From the NCBI GenBank assembly GCA_037379345.1, contig CM074511.1:1550001-1614000 (forward strand): a stretch of DNA of 64,000 nucleotides. Reading direction: 5' to 3'. The notes beneath the pieces are model-generated. The model was not told where the DNA came from. It was given only the letters and a program-made list of their open reading frames with translations, and did not search any database. Of this stretch, positions 39,401 to 53,408 are shown piece by piece. Source of the DNA: Perna viridis. Taxonomy: Eukaryota. A program made the translations under genes and the position numbers. Within the stretch, counting starts at the first letter, position 1. Every line of letters starts with the position of its first letter.

Positions 39401-42400
39401 TTTTATTGACACCCAGTTTGTATTTAAATAGTGTGTTTGTTTTCCACCCTATAAAGGCAGGAATGGGATTTTTATGTATCTAGACTTAGATGCCTGCTAC
39501 CAAGATTGCCTTTTAATGTAAGGAATGCTGAAATACTACTCTCAATAGGAAACCCACGGGGAAATTAAGTGATCTTTACATGACAACTTCCGTAAAAACA
39601 AAAGCATTGAAATGGTTAACATTCTTCTTGTGTCTGGTGCAGGGGGAGGGTTTCATGCAATCCAAATTATTATATTCTGGTAAATATAATAACGTTCTGT
39701 AATCAAAAATTATGTTGTTTAGATAAAAATGTTACAAGTTAAAAATTGTGTACTACAAATGTGATTACGGTATATATGTATATTTGTTCTGAAATTTACT
39801 GCACATTTAAATTTTCAGAAATTTGCTACACATTTCAATGATCAGAAATTTATTACACATGTCAATGATCAGAAATTTATTACACATGTCAATGAACAGA
39901 AATTTACTATACATGTCAATGAACAGAAAGTTATTACATATGTCAATAATCAGTGGTCTAACATACATAGGGACACATATGTAGTGTCAATACTAATGAT
40001 AGATTTTCACTTCCACCATTTTACTGCTGAAGTACAAGTATTTGCCCTGTTTTATCCAAAATGTGATGAATTATAATGTAAAGAAGAAGAAAAAAAATAT
40101 GTATGTGTTAATGTTTTCAAATGCCAACACATTATTTCTCATGAAACATAACATAGTTTCAGTGAGTAAATAACATAATATAATGTACATTTGTATATAT
40201 GTGTGAGAAAAAAGGTTTAATATAATAATATAAAGGATTTACTTTTATGTTGATTAGCCAAATAGATCTTTTTAGTTTTTCTACTGCTACTTGAATAAGA
40301 ATCTATTACAGCAAATGGACAGTGAATATATTAAAGGAGAAGAACATGTTATTGTGCAAGTCATAAATATCGAAACTAATCTGTTAAATATTCGTGAAAA
40401 TTAAATTGAAACAAAATAATTTCCTTTTCTTAATTAATTAATCGAGACTTATAATTAAGAAATTTGAATTTTTCGCGCCTATGGACGGCACCATGATCGG
40501 TTGAACTGTGACATCACGAAGTCGGTTTGTAAAGTAAAAGTAAATAGGTAATTGATTACGCTGTTTGAAGAAATCACAAATTTGGGACTTTTCACCTATA
40601 ATTTCAACCCAAAATTAATAGAAGAAGAGATTGAGGCACAACATGTAAGCAAATGTCAGACATCATTGACAAATAACGGGATTTGCAGCCAGATGACTAG
40701 CATTTGTAAGGAAAATCTTATGGCTACTTCCAAAGAATGTTCCTGTTGCTGATAAAAAAAACTTTTAGAAAATTTCTCTTATATCATTCATGCAATCATA
40801 AGCTTGACAAGTCATCATGTTTTGGTGATTAGATAAACATGATTGTAGAAATATTTACGAAATATTCTTTGTTTACATATTATTTGCAGTACTTGTATCA
40901 GTATCAAACTGATTTAGTGACCTCACTGGCCAATCGGAAGCTATTGGTAAAAATCAATAAAATCTGGCTATTATCTTCCTTCAGATAGGAGAGTTCTGCA
41001 AGATGGCTTTCCACTTGTATTTCAAGGACTTTGAACTTTGCATAGCCTTCAGCATTTTATAAAAGCACATTTTGCATTAAAGGTTATTTTTTTTGTTTAT
41101 GTGGGTATGATTTTTCATAAGAACCCAACTTAATGCAAAGGTGGTCTTTGCCTTTAATACAGAGAGACTTGTCATCCCATGCTGTCTTCCTGAATCCTGT
41201 TTTTTTTTACATTTGTTTAAGAATTGTGTTCATTGGTGTATTCTCTGTTTTTTTTACATATTTGTGTTCATCAGCCACACCAGGTTGTGGGTTTTCTCAA
41301 GAGCAACAAAATTCTGTAGGCTTTCAGGAGCTATGCAAGTCTGTTCTCAAGAGCCACACATAGTCTGTTGGTTTTCTCAAGAGCCACACAGAGTCTGTGG
41401 GTTTTATTAAGAGCCATTTCATCTTGCATTTTCTATTTTGAAGGAGTAAAAATGACCTACGGTGAGGGAGTGTTCCTACTGTTTTTAATCATAGATCATA
41501 GATTTATTCACTTCTTTTTAAACCTCTATAATGTTGATGTGGAGGGCATCATCACCTAATGTGATTACATCTGTCACAGTAAACATAAAGGGAAATACTG
41601 GCCAAACATTCAACAACAAAGAAATACTTCTTTTTCTGGAATATTAAATTTTCCAAGACATATGCATGTGTTGTGCAGCATGCAACTCTTCAGAACTTTG
41701 ATATGAGAATACTAAATGTAAGCCAAGCTTTCCCTCATCCTTTGTTCCTGACCCATAAATCTGCATTCGTTGATGCTAATTTCCCCTTTGTGACGTAATT
41801 CTCATAAAAGTTACCAACTGTATAATTGTATTTCAGTTCATAAAATTTTGTTTAGTATTCAATAAAACAGTGATATTGTCCACAGTTTTCTATGTTACCT
41901 TGCTGTTGTGTGAGTCATGTATTGATCCTTTATAAAGCACTGCTTCTATAGACAGGTGATTTTTAACTTTGAAAAAAAAATGGGCTGACTCATTCTTGGA
42001 AGCTTAACATCAAAGATTTCAAGTAGGAAATTCATGTACATGACAAGTTTCCATTCCATAGGTGTTTGTTGGAAAATACCAGACTCATTAGCATGAACTA
42101 GGAAGGCTTTTAGAGACAGAAATATGATAGCCATAGTTACAATAGGATCAAATTTGATGATTTTAAATTCTTTTTGTTGACTTTTCATTTGAGTCTGAAA
42201 TTTCTGGTTTGCACATCAAAACTACAAAACTAAGCCCCTGAACCAGAGAAATGTAAATATATATATCATGATAGACGTTAAACAGAAGTTGAAATACTGA
42301 TTTTTTTTTCTTTCAAAATATGTTGATAAGTTCCTTTTTTAGGTTGAAGTTGATAGTTTGACTGTGCATTTTTCTTTCAGAATAAAACTTATCCTTACCC

Positions 42401-44281
42401 ATTCTACAAGATGTTAACAAAATTAAATTTTATAGCACATTGAATAAGAAGATTGTGGGAAATAGGCAGCTATTCAGAGCGGGTCCATATCAATTTTATA
42501 AAAAAAAAAAAAAAAATTTAAAAAAAATAAATAAATAATTAAAAGTATCTTGTGTAGACCATGAATAAACACATGGAATAAAATATTGTATTATAAGCAA
42601 GGGTAAATAATGGTTTTAATTTAATTTTCTAATTATAATATTGATGAATTCTTTAGTGTTATGTCATTGAGTTCAACCTTTGTCCTACAGAATAGATTTT
42701 AATTAGCCATAGAATTATGTCATCACTTCTAAAACTCAGTTGATTTTAATTATCTTCAAAACCTGCAAAAAGTGTAATAAATTTATGCTAGTAATTTGTA
42801 TGGTTGGATAGTCATTCATATCCTGTTTCTAGATCAAACAGAATTTCTATTGCAACCTATTATTATGGTCACATTTAGAAATATTAATTTTCTCCAATAC
42901 TAAAATTTTTTATGTTACATGAAAGGAATGGAAGTCTCTTGATAAAAGGGCTGTTATAATGCAAATGTTGCAGTAGATTGTACAGTTCACACCCAGTCTA
43001 CAGTTATCACACAATGGGGGTCTTTATTGCTACACAATGCACATTTAATTATGTCTTTTTAGACTGAAAAAAAAACAGTCTATTTAGTGAAGCTTAAAAT
43101 GTGATAGCATTGAGATGACAGGAATAGACAATACAGTATATTTACAATAGTTGTAGATTGATTCAATTCATTTCTACATAAGTCAATTTTTCTGGAAATG
43201 AAAGCACAGAAGTCATTGTATAGGCAGATTAGAAATGTAGTTTTGATAATAACTGGGAAATCTATGAAGACCATCTTTATCCAAAAATAACACTTCATGC
43301 TTTACTGGTATGTTGTGACTTTGTTGTTATGTTTTATTGATATTTAACCATTTTGAAAGGGTAATTCTGGACCATTTCCCAAGGGTAATTCTGGTTCATT
43401 TTTCTGTCCTTGGTAGATTTTTATTTTTTGTGTTTCCTCTTGTTTTAGACAAGCCAAAGCCCTATTTCTAAATTAATTAGATTGATAAGGAGCCAGACCT
43501 CTAGTGACATCTTAATTGCAGTAATTTCTTATTCAGCATTTTAGGCTTTACCATTAGAAGTTCTACATACAGCAACTTTGATCAAGAAAGTTTTTTAAGA
43601 ACTTGGTCTAATAACGAAGTCATATTACTATCATGTGTTAGGTTTGAACATAATGTCCATTTTTCAGTTGAGTAGATAAACTTCTCACATCATTCATGTG
43701 AATCCATGTTATATGATACACAGCTGTATACCCAATACACATTTTACATCAATACTGTTTACTTGGGTGAATTAGTTAAATAGGTTTTCATATCAGAGAT
43801 CAAATATAAGAAGCAAACATCAAACTAATTCTTTATTTTATTAATCTTTCTGTAAATGTATAAAACTATTAAAAAGTGCATCTTTAATCCTTCCATAAAG
43901 AGATTCATTTACTGGCTTGATGTGGGAATAGAACCATTGATTATTTTTTACCTTGAGAAAACTCTAAAGTCCCATTTAAATGGTTTAGTATCATTAATAA
44001 ATTACACATGATATATATGTATAAGGACTTTTTTCCATCATTTTTGTGGTGAGTTAATGTTTTTTCTCATTGAGTTACTAATTGGAGAATTCCTTTTAGT
44101 TTTAAGTATATTAAATGTTGTATGTTTCCTGTTAATCAAGTCATTAAAAGGGTCCTAAGGAATTTTTTTGTAAAAATAAATTTTTTATTCAAAAATGAAG
44201 AAAAAGTAATTGCATTGTCTTGAGAAATGCTCATTGTTTAAAGTTTGTCAGTGTTCTTCCAGTTAAGGTGTATAGTTCATT

Positions 44282-44738
44282 TGTATGTTGGAGATTATAG
44301 CTGTAACATGTATGTTGGAGACAATATCTGTTACAAGTATGTTGGAGACTAGATGAAACATGTATGTTGGAGACAATATCTGTTACAAGTATGTTGGAGA
44401 CTAGGTGAAACATGTATGTTGGAGACAATATCTGTAACAAGTATGTTGGAGGCTATAGCTGAAATATGTTTGTTGGAGACTATAGCTTTAACATGTATGT
44501 TGGAGACTATAGCTTTAACATGTATGTTGGAGACAATATCTTTTACAAGTATTTTGGAGACTATAGGTGTAACATGTATGTTAGAGACTATAGCTTTAAC
44601 ATGTATGTTGGAGATTGTAGCTGTAACATGTATGTTGGAGGTTATAGCTGAAACATGTATGTTGGAGACAATATCTTTTACAAGTATTTTGGAAGCTATG
44701 GCTGTAACATGTATGTTGGAGACAATATCTGTAACAAG
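44282..44738. repeat. 27-bp minisatellite
   Basis: tgtatgttggagactatagctttaaca, about 17 copies; generates the spurious (MLETIALTC)n ORF. Confidence 0.93.
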
Positions 44739-44836
44739 TGAAAGATAGATTATTTCACAGGATTTTCTTGGTTACTAACAAAAGATCAAGTTTGTTTCAT
44801 TTATATAAACTATTTTTCTTTGTTTTCTAGATAACC

Positions 44837-45871
44837 ATGATGTTACATCTACTAGTGCTTTGTTTAACTGTTGTCAAAGTGATGTCATTAACTGTAGAAA
44901 AACTATATCGAGATCAGCAGAGTCTCCAGACCTTTGTCATAGATAAACATTCAGGAGAGGTTTTTATTGGAGGACAAAATACTCTAGTCAAATTATCATC
45001 AGATTTACATGTGCTAAAACAAGTTGATACAGGACCAAAGATGGACAGCCCTTTATGTCCACCACCATCATTACCTTGTAATAGGACCAAGAGCCTGGTG
45101 AATAGTGTCACTAAAGGTCTACTCATAGATTACCATAGAAATAATCTTATTGTATGTTCTAATGTGTACCAAGGATCATGTCAACTTCGTAATCCTGTAA
45201 ACATTGAGCAGGTTAAACATGATATTACCAAACCAATTGTAGGACACGATCCGATTCCTTCTGATTTTCTGTTGATAGCTCCAGGACCAGAGAGTAATGC
45301 ACTCTATGTTGGTAGTAAATACCATAATATCAACCCTAATGGTGAATTGAAAGTATTCCGTGATAAGGTTCCTCATTTAGCTAGTCGTAATTTAGATAAC
45401 TTTGAATTAACCTCAAGGAATGTCAGTGATGGAACTAAAATCTCATTGCTGGATTCATATAAAATGGATTTTCATGTTAACTTCTTGTATGGCTTTTCCC
45501 ATGGAAGCTTTGTCTACTTCATTACACTACAGGCTAAATCTCTGGATGATAATACTATGGAAACAAAAATTATTCGTGTTTGTCAAAATGATAAATATTT
45601 CCGTTCATATGTTGAAATTCCACTGCTATGTTACAAGGATAAAAATAAGCCTTATGTCATTGCCAAGGGTGCTAATTTTGAAAAAAGTTCTGGCAAATTG
45701 TATGTTATTTATGAGCAGAGTGACAGGTATATGTCGGTGTCATCTGCTTTCTGTGGATACCAGATGGCTAACATTAGAATGATGTTTGATTCCACTGTGG
45801 AGCAATGTCAGCAAGGTAGTGGTTCTATTGGACCATCACATCTCCATACTAGGGAGCAATGTGCAAAGTCT
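44837..45871 (+). CDS. Divergent plexin gene, coding exon 1 (signal peptide plus most of the Sema domain)
   Basis: Hydrophobic N-terminus. Motifs VFIGGQN.LVKLS, LIVCSNVYQGSC, IAPGP, VNFLYGFSHGSFVYF, KIIRVCQNDKYFRSYVEIPLLC. Acceptor ttttctag 6 nt before the ATG. Phase-0 donor TCT|GTAAGT. 345 codons. Confidence 0.93.
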
Positions 45872-46019
45872 GTAAGTATTCAGTTGTATCCCCTGTTTGT
45901 GGCAGTAACTGTACATAACAGGATTGTAACTTACTTGTCAAGTATATGTTTAAACTGCAATATTGAATGTAGGCAAGGACTTGTATTATGTTAAGTACTT
46001 AAAATTAGGACTATTGAAA

Positions 46020-46917
46020 ACATTATCCTGAGAGCTTTGTAAGCTTTTGTATATCTGGGTACTTCATTATCTAGCTCTGTAAGCTATTGTGTAACTGGGT
46101 AACATTATCCTGAGAGCTTTATAAGCTTTTGTATATCTGGGTACTTCATTATCCCAAGACCTATGTAAGCTATTGTATATCTGGGTAACATTACCCTGAG
46201 AGCTATGTAAGCTATTGTATATCTGGGTACTTCATTATCCTGAGAGCTTTGTAAGCTATTGTATATCTGTGTAACATTATCCTGAGAGCTATGTAAGCTA
46301 TTGTATATCTGGGTACTTCATTATCCTGAGAGCTATGTAAGCTATTATATATCTGGGTAACATTATCCTTAGAGCTATGTAAGCTATTGTATATCTGGGT
46401 ACTTCATTATTCTGAGAGCTTTGTAAGCTATTGTATATCTGGGTAACATTATCCTGAGAGCTATGTAAGCTATTGTATATCTGGGTAACATTATCCTGAG
46501 AGCTATGTAAGCTATTGTATATCTGGGTACTTCATTATCCTGAGAGTTATGTAAGCTTTTGTATATCTGGGTAACATTATCCCGAGAGCTATGTAAGCTT
46601 TTGTATATCTGGGTAACATTATCCCGAGACCGATGTAAGCTATTGTATATCTGGGTAGCATTATCCTGAGAGCTATGCAAGCTATCGTATATCTGGGTAA
46701 CATTATCCCGAGAGCTATGCAAGCTATTGTATATCTGGGCAACATTATCCTGAGAGCTATGTAAGCTATTGTATATCTGGGTAACATTATCCTGAGAGCT
46801 ATGTAAGCTATTGTATATCTGGGCAACATTATCCTGAGAGCTATGTAAGCTATTGTATATCTGGGCAACATCCTGAGAGCATTGTAAGCTATTGTATATC
46901 TGGGTACTTCATTATCT
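46020..46917. repeat. 42/44-bp minisatellite
   Basis: cattatcctgagagctatgtaagctattgtatatctgggt(aa|actt), about 21 copies. Confidence 0.94.
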
Positions 46918-48054
46918 AGAAGATATAGCTTTGTTTGTTAATTCTTTCAGTTAAATTACATTAAACTCAGAAAGTTATATAAAAATCTATTGCAGCTTTC
47001 TTCTTCATAATTATACCCATCAAAAAAGGGATATATAGGAATCACCATGTGTGTTTTATAATCTTCTCTCATAAAATCTTCCTAAGCTTTTACAATATGA
47101 AGATGTCAAGATTTGAATATTAAGGATTTATCTATCTCAGCATTGGGGATTTCTATTTGGTTACTAGTGGAGACTAACAGAGATTCTTAGTGGAAATGTT
47201 CAGTTGTTTCCACTATTATGCAGATATTTAAGTGTTAAGGTGTAACATAACAAAGTCCTTCACTTTCCACCATTTTTGTGTAAGCAGTATCACATCTTTT
47301 TTGAGTTTTCCTCTTACTGCCCAGATCTTCCACTTGATACAAGCCATTATTGAATAAGTTATAGGATGATAATAGATCTACCGTGATCTGACATCAAAGA
47401 CTCCATCTGGTGGTAAAGTTTGTTGCCATGGCAATGTGGATCTCATTTCATCCTCCATTACTTCTGTCCTAACAACTTTTGATCATGTAACACACCAAGA
47501 ACATCCTACCATGATTTAGCTGAGTCAATATTTGTCTTGTTTGGGCCAGACAGCACTTACGTTTGTAATTTTAGAACTCTTAAAAACATTTTATGGTTTT
47601 CAAAAGTTATAAGATATATGGTTTCATGTTATTTAAAGACAAAGCAAAGGAGAATGGTTTGCTTTAAGTGGAAGTTAATTGGCTGGTTAAAACCCTTTTT
47701 TTTTGTACCGAAACAAATATTCCTCGATATCATCAGCATGTCATGGTATGCAGTGTTACATTACATGAACTTCATTTTGAGAACAAAATAAGTTTCTCCA
47801 GTAAAAGTCTTTATCTGCAGTAGCACTCTTGAAAGGATGGTTTTGAATAAGTTAATTATGAGGATTTCAATATGTCTCCACAAAACCAGTCGGTGTCAGC
47901 TTGTCTGTTCAGAATTGGTTTGGGGAAGAATCCTCTTACCCTGTAAATTTCAAAAATGCTGTTTATTTTACGAAGAATGAATCTAGGGCTTCAATTTATA
48001 GGTATATAGTCAGTAAAAAATGTAATTTTTACCCAGTTGCTTACTTTTAGTTGT

Positions 48055-48300
48055 TCTGACCTGCCATTTGCTCTGAGAGTAATTTATGTCTGACCTCCCA
48101 TTTATTTTGATAGTGTTCATGATCTGACCTCTAGTCTGCTTTAAGAGTGTTCATGATCTGACCTCTAGTCTGCTCTAAGAGTGTTCATGATCTGACCTCT
48201 AGTCTGTTCTAAGAGTGTTCATGATCTGACCTCCCATCTGCTCTAAGAGTGTTCATGATCTGACCTTCCATCTGCTCTTAGAATAGAGCTGACCTTCCCT
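48055..48300. repeat. 34-bp minisatellite
   Basis: gagtgttcatgatctgacctctagtctgctctaa, about 7 copies with degenerate ends. Confidence 0.85.
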
Positions 48301-48911
48301 CTGCTTATATTGAATGACTACTGTAACATGCTCATTAATCAGGCTGGAATCCTATTTACAGATAAGTTTTCATTGTAGGCCAGATAACAAGTAATGTAGT
48401 GAATTTGTTTTATGCACTCAACACGTCATAAATTGCTACTTTCTTATCTCCAGAAGATACTCATAATTTGTGAATTAAGATTCTGGAAGGCATCATTTTG
48501 TTAACTTTCACTGTTGGTGTGGTGGGTATATCAGACCATACGGGGTGGTGGGTATATCAGACCATACTATTGCTGTGCTGTGTTAACTTTCACTGTTAGG
48601 TTGGTGGGTATATCAGACCATACTGTTGCTGTGCTGTACCATTCTGTGTCATCTAATTTTCTAAACTGCTTCCCGCTATTTCATGAAGATAAGTGGCTCT
48701 TTCTACATATAGATATATGCTGGCTTATTTGACCTTGTTTTAAGTGCATCAGTTATGCTATATCATGTCTAACCATTTTTTTTTTTTTTCCTAAATTAAA
48801 AATCTAAAAATTTCTCTCAATTTAGATTTAATTTTCCCAGACATTTCTTCAGTTATAAGAACAGGTATTTTCCTGCCTATTTCGCCCTTGCTGTGGACAT
48901 CTATTTCTTTT

Positions 48912-49837
48912 TCTAGTTCACCTGGCCAAAGGCCATGTGAGCTATTGCCATCACTTGGCGTCCATCGTCGTCATCCGTCGTCATCATTAACAATTATACA
49001 AAACTCTTCTCCTCTGCAACTACATGACTAATTTGAACAAACTTGGTATGAATGTTCCTTGGGGTATCCTACATAGAACTGATGTGGGGATATTTGATTC
49101 ATCAAAAAACATGGCCGCTGTTACTAAAAATAGAACATAGGGATCAGACAGTAGTTTTTCACATATATCTCTTAAATCGTTAGGTTTAGCTGAATTCTGA
49201 TGTGGGTAAAAGTGTTCAGCATGATGAGATCTATCTCTGGTCAAATTGTCAAATTTTGGTTTTAATGCATTAAGCCATGTTGGAGTTATTGCCCTTTTTC
49301 AACAATTTTTGCTATTTTTAATGTTATTTCTTTCAAAAATCTTCTCCTCTGACACTACTTGACCAATTGAAACCAAACTTGGTATGAATGTTCCTTGGGG
49401 TATCCTGCATAGAGCTGGCTTGAGGATTTCTGATTCGTCAAAAAAAACATGGCCCCCATTACTAAAAATAGAACATAGGGGTCAGACAGTAGTTTTTCAC
49501 AGATATCACCAAAACCGTTAGGTTTATCCAAATTTTTTTCAATAGCTGAAATGATCCATATTACATTGTATTAGGACTACAAAAGTCTTCAGACTCCTTG
49601 CAAGAGTTATTGCCCTTGAAAGGGAAAAAATACATTTTTTTTAGAATAGTTTTTAGTCAATATCTTGAAAACTATGATAGATTAAAAGAAACTTTCAATT
49701 GTTGAAAAGATGTTGTGATAGTCCTACCAAAGACTTCTTGAGTCAAAATTGTTGGACAACTTCTTGTTTAATTTATTGCCTTTGAAAGGCAAAATTCAAC
49801 AAGATGAGCGATTCAGGTTCCTGGGAGCCTCTTGTTT
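48912..49837 (+). mobile_element. Second HINE, related to the 23.9-kb copy
   Basis: tagttcacctggcc-aaa-ggccatgtgagcta; (CGT/CAT) microsatellite; two ~335-bp internal units; 3' caagatgagcg plus hairpin aggttcc-tg-ggagcct. Confidence 0.82.
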
Positions 49838-51584
49838 CCTGTCATTTTCTCTCCTACTGGGGACATCTACCACTTTAAGTCCTGCCAAAATACTACTGTT
49901 TTATTATCTTGAAACAAAAAGTCACATACCTTCTGTCTGAATAGATAAAATGTCAGTAGAAAATTGAAAAACAATACATGTTCATGTACTCATTCTATAG
50001 AAAACAGACATCTGTTGACAATATCTGTCACCTGTAATATAAGTCCTTCTTAAACTGTCATTTACATTAAGACTTTACAATTCAGATGTCAAAAGCATTC
50101 ATAGCAGTTTAAAAAGATAATTAAAACTTACAAGTAGTGTATCAGTCTGGGGATTCAACATAGAATGCTTTAGGGATTTTAAAGCTACAGTTGTATGTAT
50201 AACTGCTCTTTTTTCAGTTTTAATATGTAACTTCAGTTGATCATGATTAATGGACAACTTTTTTTCTGAAACTTGAACTGTTTCTAATTAAATATGATAT
50301 TGAATCTTCAGAATTTTACTTTTTAAGTGCGAGTTTGAAGCCTCAATCTTGATAAAGTTGTTACAACACATCATTACCATGACGATTGAGTTCAAAAGTT
50401 TGCCCTGTCTGTCGCAGTTCTAAAAGCGTAAATGTTACAGAAACATCATATCAATGTTTCGGATGGTGAGCATCTGGTGAAAAAGTTTCTAGCAGCGCCA
50501 CAACTCCCACAGGCAACTTTGATCTGTTTTGCAGTAGATTTCTTCCAAGCTATAAAATAGAAATTATGTTTTTTACATATTTTTGTATGCATACTGTTGG
50601 TGCAGTCATAAAGAGAAATGATTTTTTGATTTCCAACTTTGCCAACTGATTTTTAGCCTCACCAAAGTATAGAAGATGACTTGAACAGCTGTTTGACAAA
50701 CTATTTATCTCTTCTTTGATATTAGAGAGTAATTGAGGGGTTTTATGGTGTTATATTGGAGAATGTAAGGAATCGAGAAAATCTTTACTGATCACATTTC
50801 TATCAAAGAAGTTCTACGTTAATTGTATAAAGTAATTCTGATATACTTAAAGCAAATTTATTTGAAATATTAAGTACAACTAAATGAAAAGCATACATAC
50901 ATTTAATGTAGAAATGCTAATGGCTCCGATAATACTCAATTTTAAAAGCATAAATCTTTTGTAGTTTCCTTTTGTTTTACTTCTCAGTAGAAGCGTATAA
51001 CTTCTCAGAACTGCCAGACTTTATATTTTGGCTTGAATTTAGAACAACAAACTGAGTAATATTCAGAGAAGATTTTCTCATCCAGACATTCAAGCAAGGG
51101 TACTAGGGTTCAGTTCATATTTCAGAAACAGCATATTCAAGATGTTATAAATATTTATAAATTATGATGAAAACAGAATTATTTATTTTATTTATTATGA
51201 GCATGGTAAAAATTTTGTTGATTTATCATGGTAAACTGTTTATTTTATCTGCTACAAGAAGAGATAGTTGATGAAAGTGATACAGAAATAATAATAATGT
51301 TTTCTGATAGTAAATCCACTTTTGATATCGTAAGCTACGAACTGCAGTTTTATATTATCAGGGGTTTTACTAATAGACCTAACAATGTATGTATCATTGT
51401 CACGTTCCTCCACTCGATCAAGTTAATACTGGGAAACTGTACATATATTGGACAAAGAAGTAGTTGGGTCTCTGTATTACATGTTGTATTTATGGTAAAG
51501 TCCAATGTTGTCAAAATTGGGAAGTATTGCGACCTGTATATAATATTCTGTAAGAGTTAATGGACCCTAACAACAAACTTTCAG

Positions 51585-51764
51585 AATGGGCCTGTAGTAT
51601 TATGTGGAGAATCAGACCAGTACCCATCCATAGAAGGACTGAACCCAATTGATGAAGAGGCCTTGCTAGAACTTCCTGTTACCAGACTGACATCAGTCCT
51701 TGCTACGAAGAAAGGGTCTAGTGAAATAGTCTACTTAGGAACTGACACAGGCAAACTGATTAAG
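51585..51764 (+). CDS. Plus-strand plexin exon 2 (Sema)
   Basis: ctttcag|NGPVVLCGESDQYPSIEG...EIVYLGTDTGKLIK|gtatac; 60 codons; phase 0/0. Confidence 0.9.
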
Positions 51765-52787
51765 GTATACCTACAGTAAATAATAACTTCAGAGTTGGTC
51801 TTCTCTAATTAAATGACAATCCTAAGGTAGTCAGGTAGTCAAATGGACAATGAACAAAGAGATTTAAGCCTTCTTTCAATTTATATTTAAATATCTATGA
51901 AATAGAAAGTTGCAATTTTATATTATCCAGTTAAGCACCTAATCAGGTAGTGGTCTTTCAATTAAGGGAATCAATTCCCTGAAGTTATCTTCACCTGAAT
52001 ATAGCTGAAATATTGCTGCTCGGATCTTCACCTGAATATAGCTGAAATATTGCTGCTCGGGCGTTAAACCCCAATAAGCAATCAATCAATTTGACATTAT
52101 CTATAGGCCTTAGTCTTTGCCTCATAGGATCTTATAGTAAACCTTAAGTTTTCAGGATTTTTTTTTAATTAGACAAGGAGTTTCAATCTTAATTTTGACC
52201 ATTATTTCCCATAAAGGAAATGTCAAAAATAATTTTTAGGTCCATTTAAAAAAAAATGGTACGAACTTTGGTACACCAGAACAGGTCAGACTAAAAGTAG
52301 ACTTCTTATACTTTCACTTATATTTTGAGTTCCTAAAATAGACCCCTTTTCTGAAGCACTACGTAAATACTGTTTTTTTTGTGTCATAGCTTGATATTTA
52401 CCCTATCCTTTTGATGAAAAATGATAATCATTTGTGAAAAAACAAAAACAGGAAAAGGCCAAAAGAAAGCGCACTATGTTTTTTAGCCTCCATGTCTTAT
52501 ACCGGCTCAGAAATATGTAATACAAGACTGATACCTATATTATTGGATATAAAGCTAATGCCGATGTCCTGTGATTTTTCATGAAAGATTTTATTTGCAG
52601 CTTCAAAATATGTAGTAACTGTTTGCTATTTTCTGTTATTCTGTTTTATTGACTTGTATAATGTGTTTTAATATTGATTTGTTTAAAAAAAAAAATTGCA
52701 GGAACAAAGATAAAATGCACATCCCTTGACAAATTATTCAGAATATTTCCAAACTTATTGGTATTATGTTTTTTTTATATATATTAG

Positions 52788-52913
52788 GTTGTAGTATCAT
52801 CTGGCAACCAAGTATCTATTGTAAAGGATATAAATATTGATTATGCTCAGCCAGTAATAAAATTGGAGTTTAGTGCTGATGGTTCAAAGGTCATGGCCTT
52901 GACATCAAATAAG
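52788..52913 (+). CDS. Plus-strand plexin exon 3 (end of Sema)
   Basis: attag|VVVSSGNQVSIVKDINIDYAQPVIKLEFSADGSKVMALTSNK|gtaaat; 42 codons; phase 0/0. Confidence 0.87.
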
Positions 52914-53307
52914 GTAAATACAAGACAATGGCAAGATATCTTCCAGTCTTCATGGTCTTGTTCAATTTTACCAGTTTCAACAGTTGAAGATTGAGTCAAA
53001 CTGTCAAATAAATTGACACTCTTTAATTAGTTAAGATGTTTAGTAATTTAGGAAGTAAGTGCCTTCATAGTCTAATTTGAGAAATATAATGTGTTTTACA
53101 TTAAGTTTTAATGCATTTTAACACTTTCGTAGTGCCAAGTTATAGAAACATTAATTACCTTACAGAAGAATGATCAACACTGCATTAGTTTCTATACTTA
53201 TAGTGTTGTAAAAGTCAGTTTATTTTCATTTTTTTTTTTGCATAATTCAATTTTCACTTTAATGACTATAACTGAATGATTTTTGAATGATTTTGAACTT
53301 TTTGCAG

Positions 53308-53408
53308 CTGCTGATGGTAAACCCAGACCACTGTAGTGAAAGGAAAACATGTGGAGAATGTTCTGTTGGTCAGGATCCTGTCTGTGGCTGGTGTGTTCTA
53401 GAAAACAG
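53308..53408 (+). CDS. Plus-strand plexin exon 4 (PSI1, first part)
   Basis: tttgcag|LLMVNPDHCSERKTCGECSVGQDPVCGWCVLEN-AG|gtacac; canonical PSI C..C...DP.CGWC; phase 0/2. Confidence 0.92.

Noticed and set aside
44353-44748. 131-aa repetitive ORF (MLETIALTC)n
   Set aside because: By-product of a 27-bp (multiple of 3) minisatellite; no sign that it is coding.
46384-46871. Repetitive minus-strand ORFs (MLPRYTIAYIALRI)n
   Set aside because: Translation of the 42-bp minisatellite.
47421-47435. Near-perfect RFX X-box gttgccatggcaat
   Set aside because: Intronic, within repeat-like sequence, and with no promoter context.
50390-50470. CPVC...QCFG zinc-ribbon-like peptide
   Set aside because: Too short, interrupted and without splice support; at most an unassignable transposon fragment.
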